Origin: Streptosporangiaceae bacterium
Lineage (GTDB): Bacteria; Actinomycetota; Actinomycetes; Streptosporangiales; Streptosporangiaceae
Direction of reading: 5' to 3'
Assembly (NCBI GenBank): GCA_050014855.1
Contig: JBEKCN010000001.1
Coordinates: 1 to 31,500, forward strand
DNA: 31,500 nucleotides
Below are positions 21,322 to 31,500 of the stretch, in pieces; position 1 is the stretch's first letter, and each line of letters opens with the position of its first letter. Position numbers and translations under genes: made by a program. The notes beneath the pieces were generated by a model. The model searched no databases. It had not been told where the DNA came from and saw only the letters and a list, made by a program, of their open reading frames with translations.

Positions 21322-21792
21322 TCACCAGCGGTAATGCGCGAACGCCTTGTTCGACTCGGCCATCTTGTGGGTGTCCTCGCGCCGCTTAACGCTCGCGCCC
21401 AGGCCGTTGCTCGCATCCAGGAGCTCGTTCATCAGCCGCTCTGTCATGGTCTTCTCGCGGCGCGCCCGTGCGTACTGCACGATCCAGCGCAGGGCCAGCG
21501 TGGTGCTGCGCGACGCGCGCACCTCGACCGGGACCTGGTAGGTCGCGCCACCGACCCGGCGGCTGCGCACCTCCAGCGTCGGCTTGACGTTGTCGAGCGC
21601 ACGCTTCAGCGTGACCACGGGGTCGTTGCCCGACTTGTCCCGGCAGCCCTCGAGGGCCCCGTAGACGACGCGCTCGGCGAGCGACCGCTTGCCGTCTCGC
21701 AGCACCTTGTTGGCCAGGGCGGTGACGAGCGGCGAGCCGTAGACCGGATCGGTGACGAGCTGCCGCTTCGTCGCTGGGCCTTTGCGCGGCAT
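21322..21792 (-). CDS. rpsG: 30S ribosomal protein S7
   Basis: True start ATG 21792 (MPRKGP), [30 protein letters not shown]. Confidence 0.99.
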   Translation of the reverse strand: MPRKGPATKRQLVTDPVYGSPLVTALANKVLRDGKRSLAERVVYGALEGCRDKSGNDPVVTLKRALDNVKPTLEVRSRRVGGATYQVPVEVRASRSTTLALRWIVQYARARREKTMTERLMNELLDASNGLGASVKRREDTHKMAESNKAFAHYRW

Positions 21793-21793
21793 G

Positions 21794-22168
<375 letters not shown>

Positions 22169-22463
22169 CGAGTCTCCGTCTTCCCTGTATCTTCGCTGAC
22201 GCACCGAAGCACGTTTTTCCTGCTAATCCGCGCGGTTAGGCGCAGCTGGCCTGCGGTTTCATCTCCCCTTCCGACCCCCGTGGTCGGGCGTGTCGCCGAC
22301 CCCAGGGCAGGCCCGGCCCATTACGAGCCGGAACTGGTCGGGGAGTAACCAAGCGGTCAGGGCTATCCAGTTCCCGCCCGATACGACCAAGGGGTCGCGG
22401 GTTCAAAACCGGCCTACCTACTGACACACATACGTACCCGCCATGTGACAGGCACGAAGACAC

Positions 22464-22492
22464 AGGTTACCTAGCCAGGCCTCAGTGGTCAA
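22464..22492 (-). promoter_or_regulatory. Putative housekeeping-sigma promoter of the str operon
   Basis: TTGACC (22492-22487), 17-nt spacer, TAACCT (22469-22464). Implies a leader of about 290 nt. Confidence 0.65.
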
Positions 22493-22584
22493 AACGAAGG
22501 CCCAGCGCGAGGTCCCTTGTGCCTCGGACAGTCTACACAACACTGAAGGTGGCGAATGTATTTCGCGGTGTTCGCCCCGGGGCT

Positions 22585-22616
22585 GTGCTAGCCCGGGGGC
22601 CCCCCGGAACCCCCCG
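22585..22616 (+). repeat. Element B, copy 2
   Basis: GTGCTAGCCCGGGGGCCCCCCGGAACCCCCCG compared with the minus-strand copy at 3099-3133. Confidence 0.65.
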
Positions 22617-22637
22617 CGACGCCCCGCGGTGGTACAT

Positions 22638-22792
22638 CGCCGACACACCGGCCGCTCACCCGGCCTGCGACCGGGGTCGCTGGGCCGGTCACGAGCGCCT
22701 CGCCGTAAGTCCCGCTGCGGTCCCCGCCGACAGCACCGGCCGCTCGCCGGGGCCTTCGGCCCCGGGCTCGCTGGTCCGGTAGCGCCTCGCCG
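22638..22792. repeat. Two degenerate 68-nt direct repeats, each with an element A hairpin
   Basis: 22638-22705 and 22725-22792 share CGCCGACA, ACCGGCCGCTC, TCGCTGG, CCGGT and AGCGCCTCGCCG. Confidence 0.75.
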
Positions 22793-22817
22793 GCCCCTCC
22801 GCGCCGCGTACTTACCT

Positions 22818-22869
22818 GGGTAATGGCGCCATCACCAAGCCCCTGGGAGGGGTGATGGCGCCATTACCC
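22818..22869. repeat. Perfect 19-bp inverted repeat
   Basis: GGGTAATGGCGCCATCACC (22818-22836) / 14 nt / GGTGATGGCGCCATTACCC (22851-22869). Confidence 0.9.
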
Positions 22870-23009
22870 GTGTTGGTGCGGCCGCGCAGGAGGGAGGACC
22901 GCGCACCAGGGTCCGTTCGGGATCCCTATGGGCAGGCGGCGGACCACGCTGGCGCGACGGTCCAGCGGAGCGGCGCAGCCGCGCGGCGGGGGCCCGGGCC
23001 GGGACGCGG

Positions 23010-23054
23010 GCACGCAAAGGGGCTCCCGGGGGCACCGGGAGCCCCTTCGCGTGC
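23010..23054 (-). terminator. Probable intrinsic terminator of rpoBC
   Basis: 13-bp perfect stem AAGGGGCTCCCGG/CCGGGAGCCCCTT, extended by a G-U pair and 6 more bp on the minus strand, 15 nt past the rpoC stop. Confidence 0.7.
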
Positions 23055-23069
23055 GATCCGCAGGTGCGG

Positions 23070-26945
<3,876 letters not shown>

Positions 26946-26996
26946 TTGCACTTCCCCTGGTTAGATCCTAATTAGATCCGGATTACGAGCGCGGGC

Positions 26997-27023
26997 GGGC
27001 AGCCCCGGCGTACGGGGCTGCCC
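26997..27023. other. 11-bp hairpin between rpoB and rpoC
   Basis: GGGCAGCCCCG / GCGTA / CGGGGCTGCCC, 8 nt after the rpoB stop. Confidence 0.6.
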
Positions 27024-27031
27024 CGGCGCAC

Positions 27032-30000
27032 TCAGACCTCTTCAACGCTGCTTGGCTCACGCCGCGACAGGTCGATACCGAGCTCCTCGGCAGCACGGAA
27101 CACGTCCTCGTCGGTATCCCGCATCTCGATCGCCGCGCCGTCGCTCGACAGCACCTCCACATTGAGGCAGAGCGATTGCATTTCCTTGATGAGCACCTTG
27201 AAGGACTCGGGGATACCCGGCTCGGGCACGTTCTCGCCCTTGACGATCGCCTCGTACACCTTCACGCGGCCGAGCACGTCGTCGGACTTGATCGTGAGCA
27301 GCTCCTGCAGGGCGTAGGCGGCACCGTAGGCCTCCAGCGCCCACACCTCCATCTCACCGAAACGCTGGCCACCGAACTGCGCCTTACCACCCAGCGGCTG
27401 CTGGGTGATCATCGAGTACGGGCCGGTCGAGCGAGCGTGGATCTTGTCGTCGACCAGGTGCAGCAGCTTGAGGATGTAGATGTAGCCGACCGCGATCGGG
27501 TCCTTGAAGGGCTCACCGGTGCGGCCGTCGAACAGCCTGGCCTTGCCGCTTTCGCCGACCATCTGCCGGCCGTCCCGGTTCGGCAGGGTGCTGCCGAGCA
27601 GGCCGGTGATCTCCTCTTCGCGGGCGCCGTCGAACACGGGCGTGGCCACGGGCGTGCCGGCCGGGGCACTGTCCACCCCGGCACTGCGCAGCCGGTCCTT
27701 CCAGGTCTCGTCATCGCCCTGGACCTGCCAGCCGGTCTTGGCCACCCACCCCAGGTGGGTCTCCAGAACCTGGCCGACGTTCATCCGGCCCGGCACACCG
27801 AGCGGGTTGAGCACGATGTCGACCGGCGTGCCGTCCTCCAGGAACGGCATGTCCTCGACCGGGTTGATCTTCGCGATGACACCCTTGTTGCCGTGCCGGC
27901 CGGCGAGCTTGTCGCCGTCGGTGATCTTGCGCTTCTGCGCCACGTACACCCGGACCAGCTCGTTCACGCCGGGCGGGAGCTCGTCGCCGTCCTCGCGGGT
28001 GAACACCCGGACGCCGATGATCTTGCCCTCCTCGCCGTGCGGCACCTTCAGGCTCGTGTCCCGGACCTCGCGGGCCTTCTCACCGAAGATCGCGCGGAGC
28101 AGGCGCTCCTCCGGGGTCAGCTCGGTCTCGCCCTTGGGGGTCACCTTGCCCACCAGGATGTCGCCGTTGACGACCTCCGCGCCGATCCGGATGATGCCCC
28201 GGTCGTCGAGGTCGGCGAGGACCTCCTCCGACACATTCGGGATGTCGCGGGTGATCTCCTCGGGACCCAGCTTGGTGTCCCGCGCGTCGACCTCGTGCTC
28301 CTCGATGTGGATGGAGGAGAGCACGTCGTCCTGCACCAGTCGCTGGGACAGGATGATCGCGTCCTCGTAGTTGTGGCCTTCCCATGGCATGAACGCCACG
28401 AGCAAGTTCTTGCCCAGCGCCATCTCACCGTTGTCGGTGCACGGCCCGTCCGCCAGGACCTGCCCCTCGTGCACCCGCACGCCCTCGTCCACGATGGGCT
28501 TCTGGTTGAAACAGGTGCCCTGGTTGGACCGGCGGAACTTGGAGACCAGGTAGGTCTTGCGGGTCCCGTCGTCGTGCATGACGGTGATGAAGTCGGCACA
28601 GACCTCCTCGACCAGGCCCGCCTGCTCGGCGACGATGACGTCACCGGCGTCGGTCGCGGCCCGGTACTCCATGCCCGTGCCGACCAGCGGAGCCTCGCTG
28701 CGCAGCAGCGGCACCGACTGGCGCTGCATGTTCGAGCCCATCAGCGCGCGGTTCGCGTCGTCGTGCTCGAGGAACGGGATCATGGCGGTAGCCACGGACA
28801 CCATCTGGCGCGCGGACACGTCCATGTAGTCGACGTCGTCCGGGCGGATCAGGTCGACCTCGCCGCCCTTCCGGCGGACCAGGACGCGCTCCTCCGCGAA
28901 CGAGCCGTCATCCGCCAGCGGCGTGTTGGCCTGGGCGATGACGTGCCGGTCCTCCTCGTCGGCGGTCAGGTAGTCGATCTGATCGGTTACCTTGCCGGCC
29001 CGGATCTTGCGGTACGGCGTCTCGACGAAGCCGAACGCGTTGACCCGCGCGTAGGAGGACAGCGAGCCGATCAGGCCGATGTTCGGTCCTTCCGGCGTTT
29101 CGATCGGGCACATCCGGCCGTAGTGGCTGGGGTGCACGTCACGAACCTCGAACCCGGCCCGCTCGCGGGACAGGCCGCCTGGGCCCAGCGCCGACAGGCG
29201 GCGCTTGTGGGTCAGCCCGGCCAGCGGGTTCGTCTGGTCCATGAACTGCGACAGCTGGCTCGTGCCGAAGAACTCCTTGATGGAGGCGACGACCGGCCGG
29301 ATGTTGATCAGCGTCTGCGGCGTGATCGCCTCGACGTCCTGCGTCGTCATCCGCTCGCGGACCACGCGCTCCATCCGGGCCAGGCCCAGCCGGACCTGGT
29401 TCTGAATCAGCTCGCCGACCGTGCGCAGCCGCCGGTTGCCGAAGTGGTCGATGTCATCGGTCTCCAGCGGGATGGTGGCCGAGTTGACCTCCATCTCCTC
29501 CTCGCCGGCGTGCAGCCGGACGAGGTACTCGATGGTGGAGACGACGTCTTCCTCGGTCAGCGTGCCCTTCCGCAGCTCCACGTCGAGGCCGAGCTTCCGG
29601 TTGAGCTTGTAGCGGCCGACCTTGGCCAGGTCATAGCGCTTGGAGTTGAAGTACAGGTTCTCCAGCAGCGCCTGCGCCGACTCACGGGTCGGCGGCTCGC
29701 CCGGCCGCAGCTTGCGGTAGATGTCGAGCAGGGCGTCGTCCTGGCCGGTGGTGTGATCCTTCTCCAGGGTGGCGCGCATCGACTCGTAGCCGCCGAAGCG
29801 CTCGAGGATGCGGGCATCGTCCCAGCCGAGCGCCTTGAGCAGCACGGTGACGCTCTGCTTGCGCTTCCGGTCGATGCGGACGCCGACGGCGTCCCGCTTG
29901 TCGATCTCGAACTCCAGCCAGGCCCCCCGCGAGGGGATCACCTTGCAGCTGTAGATGTCCTTGTCAGAGGTCTTGTCCACCTGGCGGTCGAAGTAGACAC

Positions 30001-30493
30001 CCGGCGAGCGGACGAGCTGGGAGACCACGACCCGCTCGGTGCCGTTGATGATGAAGGTGCCCTTGGCGGACATCAGGGGGAAGTCCCCCATGAAAACCGT
30101 CTGGCTCTTGATCTCACCGGTGGTGTTGTTGATGAACTCCGCGGTCACGAACATGGGAGCGGAGTACGTCATGTCCTTGTCCTTGCACTCCTCGGAGGAG
30201 TACTTGGGCGGCTCGAACCGATGGTCACGGAACGAGAGGGACATGGTTCCCGAGAAGTCTTCGATGGGGCTAATCTCCTCGAAGATCTCCTCGAGCCCGG
30301 ACTGCTCAGGGACATCCTTGCGCCCTGCCGCCTTGGCGGCCTCCACCCGGGACTTCCACTTGTCATTACCCAGCAGCCAGTCGAACGACTCGGTCTGCAA
30401 GGCAAGCAGATCCGGAACCGTCAGCGGTTCCTGGATACGAGCAAAAGAGACGCGGCGAGAATCATGAGCGGAGGCGCTGCGCGATGCTGCCAA
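27032..30493 (-). CDS. rpoB: RNA polymerase beta subunit
   Basis: TTG start; [50 protein letters not shown]. Confidence 0.99.
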   Translation of the reverse strand: MAASRSASAHDSRRVSFARIQEPLTVPDLLALQTESFDWLLGNDKWKSRVEAAKAAGRKDVPEQSGLEEIFEEISPIEDFSGTMSLSFRDHRFEPPKYSSEECKDKDMTYSAPMFVTAEFINNTTGEIKSQTVFMGDFPLMSAKGTFIINGTERVVVSQLVRSPGVYFDRQVDKTSDKDIYSCKVIPSRGAWLEFEIDKRDAVGVRIDRKRKQSVTVLLKALGWDDARILERFGGYESMRATLEKDHTTGQDDALLDIYRKLRPGEPPTRESAQALLENLYFNSKRYDLAKVGRYKLNRKLGLDVELRKGTLTEEDVVSTIEYLVRLHAGEEEMEVNSATIPLETDDIDHFGNRRLRTVGELIQNQVRLGLARMERVVRERMTTQDVEAITPQTLINIRPVVASIKEFFGTSQLSQFMDQTNPLAGLTHKRRLSALGPGGLSRERAGFEVRDVHPSHYGRMCPIETPEGPNIGLIGSLSSYARVNAFGFVETPYRKIRAGKVTDQIDYLTADEEDRHVIAQANTPLADDGSFAEERVLVRRKGGEVDLIRPDDVDYMDVSARQMVSVATAMIPFLEHDDANRALMGSNMQRQSVPLLRSEAPLVGTGMEYRAATDAGDVIVAEQAGLVEEVCADFITVMHDDGTRKTYLVSKFRRSNQGTCFNQKPIVDEGVRVHEGQVLADGPCTDNGEMALGKNLLVAFMPWEGHNYEDAIILSQRLVQDDVLSSIHIEEHEVDARDTKLGPEEITRDIPNVSEEVLADLDDRGIIRIGAEVVNGDILVGKVTPKGETELTPEERLLRAIFGEKAREVRDTSLKVPHGEEGKIIGVRVFTREDGDELPPGVNELVRVYVAQKRKITDGDKLAGRHGNKGVIAKINPVEDMPFLEDGTPVDIVLNPLGVPGRMNVGQVLETHLGWVAKTGWQVQGDDETWKDRLRSAGVDSAPAGTPVATPVFDGAREEEITGLLGSTLPNRDGRQMVGESGKARLFDGRTGEPFKDPIAVGYIYILKLLHLVDDKIHARSTGPYSMITQQPLGGKAQFGGQRFGEMEVWALEAYGAAYALQELLTIKSDDVLGRVKVYEAIVKGENVPEPGIPESFKVLIKEMQSLCLNVEVLSSDGAAIEMRDTDEDVFRAAEELGIDLSRREPSSVEEV

Positions 30494-30608
30494 CAGGGAT
30501 CCTTCCGAACTTGTGGCGGACCTATCACCGCACGCACGCCAAACGCCCCACGGCGATGCCGTTTGAGAACGAGGAGGCCGAGGACGTTAGAGTGCAGCGC
30601 AAATGAGC

Positions 30609-30638
30609 AGTGTAGCCCAAGGCCACACCGCTAGTCAA
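30609..30638 (-). promoter_or_regulatory. Putative housekeeping-sigma promoter of rpoBC
   Basis: TTGACT (30638-30633), 18-nt spacer, TACACT (30614-30609), about 110 nt upstream of the rpoB start. Confidence 0.7.
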
Positions 30639-31073
30639 CTATACGCCACTATCGGGATCACGACTGCTCCGCAGCATTTCTCGTCAGCGCCAAAACGTCA
30701 AGCCTCAACCCGGCAGATCGGGCGACTTCATACAGTGACAGATGCCACACAAGGCTGCACGTGTGAGCCGCTCTCAGCAGGGTATACCTCTAGGATTTAG
30801 CAGGTGAGCCGCATCTTAGCGACTCCGCCGATCACGCGCCGACCCGGGTGGGCGGGCACTGAGCGGTACCGTCGGTGTTGCTGTGGAACAGGCCGGGGAA
30901 CCAGACGTGGTTTCTGACCGCTTAGCACAACCAGCTCGCCGACGCAAACATTCCGTGCCCCAGAAAATTTTTTTTGCTGCTGCTCGGTCGGCCCGCCGAA
31001 GGCGGCGCACGGGGCAGCGACAGGGCTGCGGTGGATGCGGCGTCTGAGCAGGCGCGGCTCCTGCGGGAACGAA

Positions 31074-31108
31074 CGCGGCGCGGGCCGGGTGAGCCGGCCC
31101 GCGCCGCG
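31074..31108 (-). terminator. Probable intrinsic terminator after rplL
   Basis: 15-bp perfect stem CGCGGCGCGGGCCGG/CCGGCCCGCGCCGCG followed by TTCGTTC on the minus strand. Confidence 0.75.
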
Positions 31109-31126
31109 GCGCGTCGTGCAGGATTC

Positions 31127-31168
31127 GGTCCTGCGGGACCTGCTTGAGGTCCTGCGGGGACCTACTTG
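31127..31168. repeat. 21-nt tandem duplication spanning the rplL stop
   Basis: GGTCCTGCGGGACCTGCTTGA and GGTCCTGCGGGACCTACTTGA, 20/21 identical. Confidence 0.9.
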
Positions 31169-31500
31169 ACGGTGACGGTGGCGCCAGCGCCCTCGAGGGC
31201 CGCCTTCGCCTTGTCCGCCGCCTCCTTGTTGACGTTCTCGAGCACGAGCTTCGGTGCGCCGTCGACCAGGTCCTTGGCCTCCTTCAGCCCCAGGCTGGTG
31301 AGGCTGCGGACTTCTTTGATGACCTGGATCTTCTTGTCGCCCGCGGCCTCGAGCGTGACGTTGAACTCGTCCTTCTCCTCGGGCGCCTCGGCCGCGGCGC
31401 CACCGCCGCCGGCGGCCGGGGCCGCCGCGGCGACCGGCGCGGCCGCCTTGACGTCAAACGTGTCCTCGAACTGCTTCACGAACTCCGACAGCTCAAGGAG
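31162..31500 (-). CDS. rplL: 50S ribosomal protein L7/L12, 5' end outside the window
   Basis: [17 protein letters not shown]...[25 protein letters not shown]...[11 protein letters not shown]. Confidence 0.98.
   Translation of the reverse strand, partial: LLELSEFVKQFEDTFDVKAAAPVAAAAPAAGGGGAAAEAPEEKDEFNVTLEAAGDKKIQVIKEVRSLTSLGLKEAKDLVDGAPKLVLENVNKEAADKAKAALEGAGATVTVK

Noticed and set aside
22638-22869. Possible CRISPR array
   Set aside because: Only two degenerate 68-nt units, no regular repeat-spacer pattern and no cas genes.
22205-23069. Short ORFs in the rpoC-rpsL and rplL-rpoB spacers (for example 22418-22648, 22485-22823, 30603-30800, 30816-31010)
   Set aside because: No convincing SD, low-complexity Arg/Pro/Gly products, and they overlap promoters, terminators or repeats.
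29190-29270. RpoB rifampicin cluster I reads DQTNPLAG rather than DQNNPLSG
   Set aside because: Key residues (E. coli Q513, D516, H526, S531, L533) are intact, and TNPLA is a common natural variant in sensitive bacteria.
27176-30634. 1152-aa plus-strand ORF and other long antisense ORFs (19340-21334, 23064-24911, 17514-19253, 5021-6472, 6406-7929, 576-1895)
   Set aside because: They mirror conserved minus-strand genes. High GC3 codon bias depletes antisense stops, and the products have no recognisable motifs.

Overview
High-GC actinobacterial core locus. The order Streptosporangiales is plausible from the S5 N-terminus and the DUF1707 gene between map and infA, but this is inference. All real genes are on the minus strand. 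In transcription order: rplL (3' part), rpoB, rpoC, rpsL-rpsG-fusA-tuf, the S10 cluster (rpsJ to rpsQ), the spc cluster (rplN to rplO), secY-adk-map, a DUF1707-type gene, infA-rpmJ-rpsM-rpsK-rpsD-rpoA-rplQ, and the 5' end of truA. I found no rRNA, intact tRNA, CRISPR array, transposase or accessory gene cluster. The long plus-strand ORFs are antisense shadows. The unexplained signal is in the spacers and at a few residues: (i) a 62-codon, AT-richer ORF that overlaps both the rplR stop and the rpsE start and is built from nested inverted repeats; (ii) a dispersed hairpin repeat family with a conserved AGCGA/GAGCG motif; (iii) a tandem hairpin before rpoA whose two copies differ only by a compensatory base pair; (iv) a possible double pseudoknot before rpsM; (v) S12 K88R and an EF-Tu switch-I Pro-to-Lys change; (vi) a degenerate tRNA-like sequence antisense to the rpsL leader. 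All structures were read by eye; nothing was folded or searched computationally.
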